Assembly: GCF_902459465.1 (NCBI RefSeq)
Contig: NC_047069.1
Span: forward strand, 8,432,001 to 8,496,000
Reading direction: 5' to 3'
Length of the DNA stretch: 64,000 nt
Source: Asterias rubens
Taxonomy: Eukaryota
Below the pieces are notes generated by a model. The model made no database searches. It worked only from the letters and a program-made list of their open reading frames with translations, and was not told the DNA's origin. A program made the translations under genes and the position numbers. Positions 29,798-42,200 of this stretch are shown here, piece by piece (within the stretch, counting starts at the first letter, position 1; each line of letters starts with the position of its first letter).

Positions 29798-32700
29798 TCA
29801 ATTGCCCTTATTATTTTCTCTCTCATTATCCCATACTTTCTCGCCAGCTATAAAAGTTTGTTTGACATTTAGATCATCATCTAGAAGAACGAAGTCTGCC
29901 TCTGTCCCATAGTCAAGGGTACCTTTTAGATGTTGGATAGTCAGTAGTTGGGCAGGGTGTAGGGTTGCTGCTTCAAGGGCCTCTACTGTGGTACAACCAG
30001 TTGCATGCTTGAAATGTCGTATACAGGAGTCCATTGTGGCAATGCTGAAAATAAACCACAGATAATGAGGGTTTTTAATAGCAGGCATGATATTTTGTCA
30101 TTGGAAAAAGTACAAACATTCTATTGAGTACAATTCTATTGAGCAGACCTATGTCCTGCACATGATGTAGGGTTCAAAAGACTTTTCATCGGGCTATTTA
30201 CCACTATTTGTCTGATATTTCTAACAACCCAAAAATCGGGGAAAAATTTAAAGTGGGAAGAACATCTTGCCTGTAATATAATTTGTTAAGTACATGTATG
30301 AACTCTGTTTCACACTATTTGAGGAAAGACACTCCTTTTTTGAAAAGGGAAATATTACTCAGGTAGTGGTCATTAAGAGAACGGGTTGTGTAATATTGTT
30401 CAGTATTTCAATAGATGTTTTAATTATGAATTGAATTGGTGGTTAAGAATATGGTTTTACACACTAATATGGCAGTGTGTGTAAAGCACTGTATGACTGT
30501 AAACTCAGTACTTTCCCCTGATTTCCTGTGAATGAAAAATACCACAGGCATATTACTCTGTCGGTATTTGAACACACGACTGTTGTCATTCTGGAGCATA
30601 TGTCTTACCACAAGCCCACCAAGATTGCCCAGTAGCTAGAGGCAGTTTGAATACTACATTGAGCAGCGGGTATGGAAACATTTCATTTTCATATGACTCT
30701 GAGAAAGTATCGGTGCATGGTTTAAACCAATTAATAATTTCAGTAGGCCTATTGTAGAGAATTTGGAATCTAAGATAGATTTCCGTTTTAAAGTAATAAT
30801 AACTACTTACCTCCCACTCAGTACCTGTGTACCTGTCACATATGCCCCATTATCAGTAACATCTACTGACACGCTGCCAAGGTAATGTGTACCTCTAGGG
30901 AAGCCCATTGCTGCTATAGCATCTGTCACCAGAACAATACCTTTACAAAACAGAACAGACAAGAATTTATGCACTCGTACAAATATATAAATCCTTTTTA
31001 TTGGGGGGGGGGGTAGGGTTAGAGTTATTTAGACAGGTCAATGATAAGACCTTGCATGAAAACTGAAACACTATAACAACTAAATTACCATTTGGATGGG
31101 CCCTGTAGGCTATTCTCAGTGCAGCTGGATTAGTGTGTATGCCATCGGCTATCATACCATAGAACACTGTGGTGTCTGTTGGAATCTCATCACTCGTCAG
31201 TAGTCCCACTAGTCCTGGGTCTCGATGGTGAAACTAGTCAAGTAAAAACATGAAAATAATCCATTGAAATTTTGTCCTGTGTTGATACAAAATGAGTCAA
31301 CCCACTTTCCTTAAGAGTTTCCTCAAATTATAATTAAATTCAGTGGCACTATTGGTAATTATACTCAAATTAATGTTTAGTATAAAAACTTAATTGGAGC
31401 AATGGAGAGCTGTTGGTAGTATAAAATATTGGGAGAAACGGCTCCCTCTGAAGAAACGTAGTTCTCGAGAAAGAAATAATTTTTCACGCATTTGATTTTG
31501 AGACTTCAGATTTTGAATTTGATGTCTTGAAATCAAGCATCTGAAAGCACACATCTTCAGGTGACAAGGGTGTTTTTTCTTCCATTGTTATCTTGCAACT
31601 TTGACGACCAATTGAGTTCAAATTTTCACAGGTTTTTTTTGTATGCATATGTTGAGATACACCAAGTGTGAAGAGGTCTTTGACATCTACCAATAGTGTC
31701 CAGTGTCTTGAAGTGATTGAGTATCCTTATGACTGAACGTTACCGTTAAATATACTTTGAGCAGGTGTTTGATTCTGGCAGCTAAGAGACAGCCTCACTG
31801 CCATGGATAGCGTGAGTGTATATTGAATTTTACGATTCGCCACTAACCCCTGGAAGGAAAGGGTTGAAAAACAATGCTGATTGGATAACCAGAACCTGCT
31901 CTTCACACATGCTTGTTAAAAACTTTTGAGCGCTTGTGGAGCATTTTTGTTTTACGTGGTCACCCTAAAAGGCATATAGTTCGACATGTCACAATATCAA
32001 AGCTGTTCTATTGACTTGGTACCTCTTTTAAGTGCTCTGCATACATCTCTAACACAGAATAAATCAACCACAGGACCAATTGAAACATCCATCTCATTGG
32101 GATATTTCAAGGTCACACTTCCAGGGGGTTAAGATCATGCAAGGCATGTTAAAAAGGGGCGAGGCGAGATCGGCTACTCAAACAAACATTTATCTCTTTT
32201 GCAAGAACTCTACAAACAATCTTAAATTGCAGTGAGGATAAACAGAGAACTAACTGACTAGGTTCAAACTGCTGTTGGAGTAATAGTCCTCAACTACTTG
32301 TAGGCGTAGTCATGGCGTAGTCATGCTCTTTGCAACTCACAACACCCACATTGCTTCAAGCTTGGCTTGCAATGAATAGAATTATTTTAGTTGTACTTAC
32401 TGGCAGCATTGCGTTAAAGAGATGAGTGATATATGTAGCTCCATGCCTCACAGCATCTTCTGCCATTGTTAGATTAGCAACAGTATGTCCTACATTTATA
32501 AACAAATCAAAAGCAAAATTCAGTTTCAATCTTTCAAGTAAACATCTATCTAGGTTTACATATTAAACTAGGCTCAATTTCAAGGCACTGCTTATGGAAA
32601 GCAATTAAAACGCGCTTATGGTAGCAGAAAAATATGTGCTAAATGCAATTGTATTTCACAAGTTAACAAAGTGTTAGCTTAAAGGAATGCACTTGTGGGT

Positions 32701-35151
32701 CTTAAACCCAAGGGAACCACGGACCCCGCAAGGAAAATCTGTTAAAAAGGGAATAATATAACAATAGCAAGACCCCACAGACCGGATCCTTAAAATGGTA
32801 CGCTTGAGCACAAGCAAACCTCGTGTTACTAAACATTGTTTCCTTAAACGGCTCGCAGAATGTTGACTGTAGTTGGAGAATTTTGTTGCATGCAGAGCCA
32901 TGGGCCTACATGTAGATGTCTTAAAAGACTTTCTTTATGTAGTTATGCCGCTTGTTAGTTATGGATAGGACAACCTAGGAGGAGTCCATCTTTCCTAGAG
33001 TTTGTGGGCCACTAAAAAAAAAAAGAGGTAAGGTAAGGGCATAACTAAACATACATGATCAATCAATTTATGATTGTAGATACTGTCCAGCAACATTCCT
33101 TACCGAGTGAGACGACAACTCCTTTATTTGAAAGCTTGGATATGACTTTGGATATTTGGCAAGACTCTGGTGCCAGTGTCACAATAGAAACATTGTCCAG
33201 TGAGTGATAGACATCTTCAATCTGCTCAAAGCTGTTCAGATTGGTACAGTCTTTAATCAGCTCAACAGGATGGGCGCCATTCTTTTCTTTGCTGATAAAG
33301 GGTCCTTCTAAATGAATTCCTAAATAAAAATATAGTATCAAAAAAAGGCGATTTAATAAGGACAACATTTTGCATGATTTTATCTTGTTCTCAAATGGTT
33401 CAAAAGTTTGTGGTTTTTCCTCGAACCTTTATGCAATCCAAGGTCAATGATTGCACGCCTGTTTAACAGTATCTCCCCCATGCACACTGATGCATGTTGA
33501 TGGAAAATAGCATGGCTGACATCCAAATATTCAGCAGGCTTCGGGGAAGTTTGTTGATGCTTGTCTGACTCAGGCAGCCAATTTTCCGCATGGTAGTTTT
33601 TCATGCAAATCGGTTGAAAGCTTTGTCCACAACATGCAAATGGAATAAGAAATGTGAAAGTTCAGATAGGGCACAAATGCATGAAGTAGAAAATTCAAGG
33701 CTTTGTAAGCCGGAGGAGAAGGGCTTCAAGGAATGGATGGGGGCACAGATGAGATTTTATTCTTGCAAAACAACAGTTCTGAGGCAGATCCTACATACGT
33801 ACCTAAGAACACAAATACCATTCAGCATTACATCTTTACACATGAGTTCATTTGAGAAAGGTCCCCCTGACCCGAGGTCAAAAGAAACTAGCTCACAGGC
33901 CTATCCTGTGCATGGGACACATTTCCATCATTTCATCATCGTTTTACCTCTAAAATGATGGTGAGGTGAAATTAACAGCATACGCAAATTCTAAAGTTTT
34001 CGATTTTGTTCAAGGGGAAGATAACTTTACTTTCATGAGAGCCTTTGAATTCTTACCTAGGATACCTGCTCCTGTTCGACTTCCACATGTCCTCTTTATC
34101 TGGGGGAGGATCTACAAGTAAATAAGATGGAAACGTTACAAAAATCAGTCATCTGTACCAACTTGCCTTTGCCAAAAAGATATGATAAGATCAGTAGAGT
34201 GGAATAGACCTTTTGTTTGAGCTTCATTAAACTTTACACTTTTTCATTTCCATAGAGGAGTTTATATGCTGCTGCAACTTGTTTCTGGAAAGCATACACA
34301 ACGCAGAAATCCACACTTTGGCGAGGGAAAACTGGGTCAAACAACATATAGATTATTCTAAAAACTAAAATAATAAAAACATCTAGGGCCTTATAAATTA
34401 TTCTTGTTATTCTTACCTTTTTGTACATCGATGGAGAGGATGTGATTACAGTAGGGCAATATGATGTCACTCCATGTGCAAGTAGTTTTTTAGATACTGT
34501 AGCGAGGCCTTTGGCAAGAGATTCTGGATTTGAGGAAAAATCAACACCAAAGGCTCCTAGAAAAGAATAACAATAAAAGGGACAATTCTTAAATACAAAA
34601 AATCAACCCAACAGTAATCTCTTGATATTTTAAAAATGAAACACTGCTCACAAAAAAGTGTTTTCGGGTGTGCTAAATACATAAAAAAGCATCGGTAGCT
34701 GATGCTAATTATAAAAAAAAATTGTATAACTGTATAATATAGGACTAAAAGCAAGGTTAGGAAAATCACATTAGGGACTCAAGTATCTGTTAACCCCCTC
34801 CTTTTTAGACTACATAGGACTGGAAATGGAAAAAATAAGGTTTATTGAAAGTTATTCCCCTTTTTTAACTTCTTTTTTAGTTTAGCCAACAATGTTACTT
34901 TAACGTTTATGTATTAAATTAAATTTACCATTGATCTGAGTATCAATAAAACCTGGGGATATGATGCAGTCTTTACAATCCACTTGAAAGTCTGCATGTC
35001 CTTTCTCAATGAAAAAGAGCCACTCTGGGTTGAGGATCTTTCCATCTCGGACCCAGAGGTCTTCCCTGATGATGGCATGCTGATAAAGAATGCGGCAGTT
35101 TCTGAATTGAGTGATAGGTGACTTCACTCTAGAGGACATAGTTTTAGACAT
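29798..35151 (-). CDS. AMDHD2: N-acetylglucosamine-6-phosphate deacetylase (NagA family), about 414 aa
   Basis: Eight in-phase exons: 35151-34929, 34556-34417, 34111-34057, 33319-33104, 32489-32401, 31233-31089, 30940-30811, 30044-29798. Amidohydrolase motifs [50 protein letters not shown]. The start Met is uncertain (35151 or 35139); the exon has an acceptor at 35204, so an upstream exon exists. Confidence 0.96.
30480..30672 (-). mobile_element. tRNA-like repeat family B, reverse copy in the last AMDHD2 intron
   Basis: ACAGGCATATTACTC...ATTTGAAC...GATTGCCCAGTAGCTAGAGGCAGTTTGAA...GCAGCGGG is the reverse complement of the family head. Confidence 0.7.
31334..31708 (+). mobile_element. MITE family K, copy 4, in an AMDHD2 intron
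   Basis: CACTATTGGTAATT...CCAATAGTGTCCAGTGTCT; body alignable to copies 1 and 2; left end degraded. Confidence 0.8.
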
Positions 35152-35495
35152 CGATGTTAGACCATCATTAGGAGGTAAGGTGATGTTACTTTTAAGGCGA
35201 CGCCCTGCAAAATACAACAAATTTTAAACTTCGGTAATACGCTGCAAAAGATAAAATATGAAAGCTAATGTTGAAAATTTCAATATCCGACTGCCACTTT
35301 CTACTAAGAAAAGATTTTCAAAAGACATTGGACTTCATTTCCCCTTTTTTAATATTCCTCATTGAAGAGTTTTAATCACGAAGCAGAAAATCTCACGCAC
35401 AATGCCCAGAGGAACTAAAAGTTTGAAGTGGCATTGTCAAGATTAGCAGTGTCAAGACTGCTGTTGACCTGGTTACAGCTCATGGTCATGGTCAA

Positions 35496-35883
35496 AAGGT
35501 TTGTTAGTCTGAAGGTTCGTTTGTCCGAAGTTTCGTTAGCCCGAAGGTTCAATAGTCCGAATGTTCGATAGTCCAAAGGTTTGATAGTACGAATTGACAA
35601 TAAGGTCCATCCAATAGTCCGAATTGAAAATAAGGTTCAATCGTCAATTCAGACTATCGGACCTTAGTGTCGATTCGGACTACCGAACCTTCGGACCAGT
35701 GAACCTTCAGATCAGTGAAGCTCCGAACTAATGAACCTTCAGACTATCGCATCAAATGCTCGGATTAACAAACCCTATTTCCTTTTCGGATTAATGAACC
35801 CCCTGTTATTGGAAATTTGTGCGTTCGGACTATCGAACCATCGGACTATTGAACCTTCGGACTAACAGACCTTCAGGCTATCG
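35496..35883. mobile_element. Foldback-like element built from 16-bp subrepeats (TTCGGACTATCGAACC consensus) in opposite orientation at the two ends
   Basis: Left arm GGTTCGATAGTCCGAA-type units; middle and right arm TTCGGACTA(T/A)(C/T)GAACC units. Confidence 0.75.
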
Positions 35884-37079
35884 GTTGGATACCGTCGACC
35901 TGATAGTAACTGTTCCTATCATTCTGTCAACGTTACAAAATTACACATAGCGACACTGTAGTTAGATATGTAATTTTTGCTTTTGATAGGCTTTTGGTAC
36001 AAGTTACATGTACGGTCCTGTCGCTTCAATTTATCTACAAAGCTGCAAACATTTTAGATGTGTTTCATAACCCTTCCACTGCTACCATCGGGAGGCTGGA
36101 GGGTTACCATGGTTACGATATCAAAAGCAAAGTCATGACAGACATGACATTGACAAAGTGGTTAGTGTATGAAACTGTCCGACAGTGACAGTGACACGGA
36201 CCAATAATACAAGGAACAGATCCTTGCTTGCTTTAGTTTAGTTTATTGCAGCAGAAGATTGGGAAGATATGGGGTTTATTTTAATAAGGCCGAGGCCTAA
36301 ACTACCTGACACTGTGACAGTTACTGTGACAGTAACTGCCCGCCAGGCTACGTACTGACTGTGTTTTAAAGTAACACGTTGCCTTAGATCGGACGAGTTG
36401 GTCTATAAAAAGCGTTTGTAACCGTTTGTTATAAAATGCATAATATGGTTGGAAAGACGTTTTATTTAAAAGTAGAATACAATGATCCACACAAATTTGC
36501 CTCGAAATTACGTGGTTTTCCTTTCCTTTGCGAACTAACACAGTCGGACATTTATAGGAGTCCCATATAAATCAAAATGGCCGACCGGGTTAGTCGATGA
36601 GGTAAAAAAAACGTGTAATTTCGAGGCATGCTTGTGTGGATCAATGTTTTCTACTCAGTCTACTCTTACTCTTACATCTTTCTACCCATATGCATTTTAT
36701 AACAAACGGTTACAGACGCTTTTCGAAGACCAACTCGACCGATCCAAGGCAACGTGTTTCCCTTAAAGTGAGTAGTCTGTGCATTAAATGGTACTATGCA
36801 TCCATTGCAATGGAGGCGTGTTCTTCCTGTACACTGTACAGTCGTGAGTCGGTGCACTGCACGCACTGCTGCACGAGCCGTCGTCTGCTGCCTACTTAAT
36901 ATTAAAAAGTTTAATTACGACAAAAACATCAATAACTTTCACACTCACAATTAACAACGATAACAATGAATGACAGAGGTAGGCCTATGTTAACTTTATT
37001 TAAGAAAATACAGGTTAACTCTTACTTTTCCTCCAACAAGTTGATGATCAACCCAAAATAAAATCAATTTATTTACATT

Positions 37080-37270
37080 GAAACACAGGAAGCGGCCATC
37101 TTTTGGAAAGTGCGCCCCCTTTTGACGTCATCAGTCCAAGGAAGGGCACCTTAAAAAAAACCTACCTTTTACAAAATCGTCTGCCCCATGTACTGTGGTG
37201 CACGTGACCTCAAAATTATTCAATCCGGCACCCAGACGTATCTTAAGCGTAATGCGCGATATTAAACAAG
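37080..37270. promoter_or_regulatory. Putative shared promoter of divergent AMDHD2 and MCMDC2
   Basis: CpG-richer island with GGAAG/ETS-like plus YY1-like GCGGCCATCTT (about 37088-37102), a perfect CRE TGACGTCA (37123-37130) and E-box CACGTGAC (37201-37208). Outward-facing candidate donors at 37025 (-) and 37481 (+). Confidence 0.55.
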
Positions 37271-37369
37271 GGGATCATACTTGTAAAAGTGCACGATTTC
37301 CAAATAAGTTCTATTTTTAACTTATCGTCTGCGCATTTTCCTGTCCATTTGTTTTAAAAAGTAAAGAGA

Positions 37370-37480
37370 TGCTGAAACTGAAAGTAACTTTGTGTTCACT
37401 AATAATGTTCAAGTTGTCTTGAACTCTGCTTCACTGCAAGCTTCGGCAGCCTACGTATATAGGCATTTCTTCTAACCCAG
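37370..37480 (+). other. Probable non-coding first exon of MCMDC2 (5' limit approximate)
   Basis: Donor CAG|GTAAAC at 37480/37481; the ATG-containing exon begins with an acceptor at 39242, so a 5' UTR exon is required; ATGs here hit early stops. Confidence 0.4.
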
Positions 37481-39247
37481 GTAAACTTTTACTACAATTC
37501 AGTAAACTTTTATTAGGCCTACAAACTTATTTTCAAAACAAACAACTAACAAAACATTTTGTTGCGGCACGTCTTGGCCAGGCCATGTGCGGACCGGCGC
37601 AGCGTTGTCACTGACACTGGGCATTGTTGTGTCACTTTTTTTTCTGCTTTGTTTTACTCCACTGCCTAGTGTAAATGTAGGAAATTAAATGTGGACGGGG
37701 GAAAGGGGTGGGTGATTGTGACAACCAGTTTGTACCATAGTTTTTACTAATTAATACTATTTGTTAGAAAACCAAAATAGTCAGATTCACAAACAGACAA
37801 AGTCAAAGAATTAACTCAACTCAACATTGCTCCCACTGCTCAACTCAACTCAACTGCAATGCAACACTGAATTGAACAAAACAAGTTTAAAGTCTTCTAA
37901 CTAAGTTATTTTATAAACATGATAAAATTGGACCTCAACTTCGTTCAATTTAACATACTACAAAGATTTGAAAAGTAGTCCATATTAATTGTTGCAGAGT
38001 GTTCTTTGAAATGTTATGTTTTTTATTCTTTTTTGAGGGGGGGGGGGGGGCTGTTGCTGTCTGTATTGTAGGAGGTCCTGTTTTCAAGGTGTCCCTAAAA
38101 TCGTGGCAAAACTTTTACCTCTCTGTGCGCGAAGTAAACAACATTTTGGTTTTATTTGCCAAGCAAAGAGTGCTTGAACAAAACTTTAGAAATATGTAAA
38201 GGCTCCACTCACACAGGTTATTTGCATTTGTATGCAAAATCTTTGGTGTTTTAGGCATTTCTACAAGGTACAAAAATATGTCATAATGTTGAGGCCATAT
38301 TCAAAAAATTGCCCACCGAAAAAGTTTCATCCAACACTATTTCAATTCACAATTCACGGTGATCAAATCATGTGACTGAACATTCTGCTGAGCATTCTGG
38401 AAAAAAAATACAGAGGCTTAAAGAAGCCATGTGCCTTATTTATATTATTTTCTAATATTTTTTGAGATTTTTTTTTTAACGCTCATATCAATATTATTAT
38501 AAATATTAAAATTTAAACATCGGCTTGGTGACAGACTCAATTATCACCTTTATTTATACGCTTTATTATAAATATTAAGGGGAAAAAATGTGGGTTTTTT
38601 TGCAAATTACCATGGTAATTTTTAAAATGTCATAAAAAAATATTTTTAATAAAATGAACACAACTGCTGGCTATAGAGTCATACACAGAGTCTCACAGAA
38701 CACTTGTAGTCACTGCAGATGTTTCTTCCACGTATGGCTTCACCGGGAAACCATGTTCTCGTTTACCTTCAAAACAGGAAAAACTCAAAACAAATGGGAC
38801 CAGTTGAAGTCATCAAAGATCGGTGTGTGGTGTGAAAATTTTAATATCCATCAAGTTTTAATTTATGATTGCATACTTCATATAAACAAATGAAGATAAT
38901 TAGGGCATCTATTGACATATATGGCATCATTATATTTTGTTTCCCAATTCAAAGAAAAAGGCATACATAATACCGTGAAAACTGGTAAGAGGAGGATATA
39001 TATATATTGTGTATTGTTTTTACAATCTTTTAAAGGATTTTATAATTTACTTTTGCTGTTACTTTTTAGATACAGGGACTTACCTGAAAATGGATTTAAA
39101 TTTTCTAGCTCAGTCTCAAAACTTTTAGCACAGTGAGGAGCTCTTTATTTAGTCATTATTTTTGTAGGGTCTACTTTCATGACTTTATTTATTTTTATTT
39201 AACATTAATTTAATATCATCCATATCAACTAACTGTCTACAGAAAAA

Positions 39248-42200
39248 ATGATCAACACAATAAGAGAACAGATGGGAAATTCAGCTCAACAAAGTGATCA
39301 GCTACAATTGATGGAGGCCTCGTTATGCTACTTGGACAAAACTAAACAACTTGAGTATTTGAAAAGAGAGTGCATCAATCACAACAATACCAAAGAGGTC
39401 AGTGTTTAATTCCCACTACATATCCAAACCTGAGCTGCGGCGCTATTTTCAAACCCAACACACAGGCCTGCGTGACAAGTAAATTTAAGCTTCATAGTCT
39501 ACTTTTCTTTCCGTCTCATTAATTTTCTGCAGATAACTTTTACAACACAAGTCAAGTAAAGCTTTACATAGAAAACACCTTTTAAAAACCTTTTTTGATA
39601 TTAAAATTTTTGAATGATGATTAGAGTAGATACGGCAATAAAGGATGAGCTAGCGTTTATATTTTCATAGTGTTTCCATTAAAAGAGGTTCTGCTCTTTT
39701 AATCTGATGTTTGCACTGTGCTGTGAGCCATAGCACTTAGCGCACTCTCTTGATAAACGAGAGTGCAAGGATCAGTTAATCTTAACCATCCTTTATTTTT
39801 CTTTCAGAGTGTCTACCCTTTCACCATTGAAGTTAATGTGTCAGTGATCACTGAAATGGACCGTTAGTATCTTGGTTTTTTGCTTGTTTTAACTTTGTAG
39901 GTATATTTACTGGGAGAAAACGCACAAACACAATCAATTTAATCCAACTATCTGATGAAAGAATTTAATTTGTGTTTTACAAAGGAATTTAGTTGTTTCT
40001 TCACTTTGTATATTATATTTTAATCTTCTTTTTAGCAACACTTGGAAACATAGTGTTACATCAACCACCACGAGCAAGAACAATCTTTCAAGAGGTAAAA
40101 ATTGTACTTTTCAGTACCTTATTTATTACTTCATTTTTTTATTTTTTTTTATACCTCTTCTCAAAAACATAGTTTTTAATTGTAATTCTGACAGCATGAC
40201 ACATAATTTATTAACTGTTTTTAGCTTCTGAATATTCAGAACATTTCTGTACTTAACAGTCTGATTGGCTAAGTGAGCATGGTTGAGTTAACAAGTCTTT
40301 CTAAAGGACTGGCTTGTTTGGGCTTAATGCATGTGATTGAACTAGGCCATTGATTTTACGTTTTGGTGTGTTTTTTAAAGAAGTAATTTCTGAATACTGT
40401 TATTTTCTAATACATTTTGAGGACACACAAAAGGCTGTAGGATTTTGTTTTCTTTGCGAAGTTTAAAATGACTATTCGGAGAACGTGATAAATAGGGCCC
40501 AATTTCATAAAGCTAAGCTATGCTAAGAACAACAATTCAAACTGAATGTAATTTTGGCCAGTAACTTGTTTCTACTAAGCAATACTATTTTGCTCGTAGC
40601 AAGCTTTCATAAATACAGCTTTTGAAGAAGTTGCTATTAATTGACCTCAACCTTGGTGCAATTCAGTTAAAACATTTTTTATAGATTAATTCTTGTTTAA
40701 GAATGCATGTTTCATATGCATTCCAACACAATTAGAAGCAATACATTCTCTAAAATGAGGTACTTTTTTCTCTGATGCAGCTATGTTATATCAGCTTAAA
40801 GTGCTTAAAAGTACTTCCAGCTGAAGTATCTTGCAACCAAATTCTTGTCAACTTGCTGATATTAGATCTACCACAGCTGTCAAGGTAAGACACTAAAAGC
40901 TTCAATTTGTACCCTCTTTTGTTTTATTTCTATAATCACATTTATTTTTTGTAATTCCAGTTTTCAGCTAAACCTATCCTCCATGGGATCACCTCTGGCA
41001 TTTATATAATATGTTATTAAAACAAATAGAAAGTTAAGAATACTCTCTTCACAATAATGGGGAATTTATACCAAATGTATGAAGACCCCCTCCCTCAACA
41101 TTAAGTTAACACATTAAAGGCAGTTGGACACTATTGGTAATTACTCAAAATAATTTTTATCATAAAACCTTACTTGATTACGAGGTTGATAGTATAAAAC
41201 ATTCTGAGAAACGGCTCCCTCTGAAGTAATGTAACTTTTGAGAAAGAAGTAATTTTCCATGACATTAATTTCGGGACCTCAGATTTAGAATTTGAGGCCT
41301 CGAAATCAAGCAATTGAAAGCACCCAACTTGTGTGACAAGGTCTTTTTTTCTTTTGTTATTATCTCGCAACTTCGACGACCGTTTGAGCTCAATTTTCAC
41401 AGGTTTGTTATTTTATGCATATGTTGAGATGCACCAAGTGAGAAGACTGGTCTTTGACATTTACCAATAGTGTCCAGTGTCTTTAAAATCGGTGCAATTG
41501 TATTTAATATTGTTTATGTTTTAAATAATACAACATCTTAAATGCATTACCAACAGCTACCAGCTTTGCACGTCAGAATTACTCAGTTGCAAGTTTGAGC
41601 CCCGCTTCTACAAATTTACTGGAACAGTGTGCTCAATTTCATCTCCTACAACGTACTCGTAAGTTAATTCAAACTTTGCAATAATCCTTCTACAAAGCAC
41701 TTCATTGGTATAGTAGTTAACACTATATTTTTCTTATAATTTAAAATTTGTTGTTGGACAATTTTAATAAATAAAAAATATCATAACTTGGAGACACACT
41801 AAATTTGTGTCTGATTGTTTACATTTATGTCTAATGGGCTGTTTCTATGTTTGGTTGTCTGTACATGTTTTGATAAAAGACTTGGCACTTGGTAGGTTGT
41901 TCTCCTGAAACTTCCTCGGGGGAACTTGACAAGGAGGTGTCGTATAATAAACTGTAAATTGTTCACTGGTTACATTATGGCTATCCTTGAAATTTTGCAG
42001 CTTGTCTTTGCACCATTTCCAAAGCTGACTTTTGCTTTGTGCGGTTCCAAGCCGTTGAAAATGGAGTTAAACTAGGGTGGCAAATATATAGCATGATGTG
42101 TCTATAAAGATCTAAACAGGTTTGATTGTGACTTTTCTCGCTCCTGGTATTTTTATAGGAGGTGTGCAAAATACAGATGTCCTGAGGCTAAATGTTTTGG

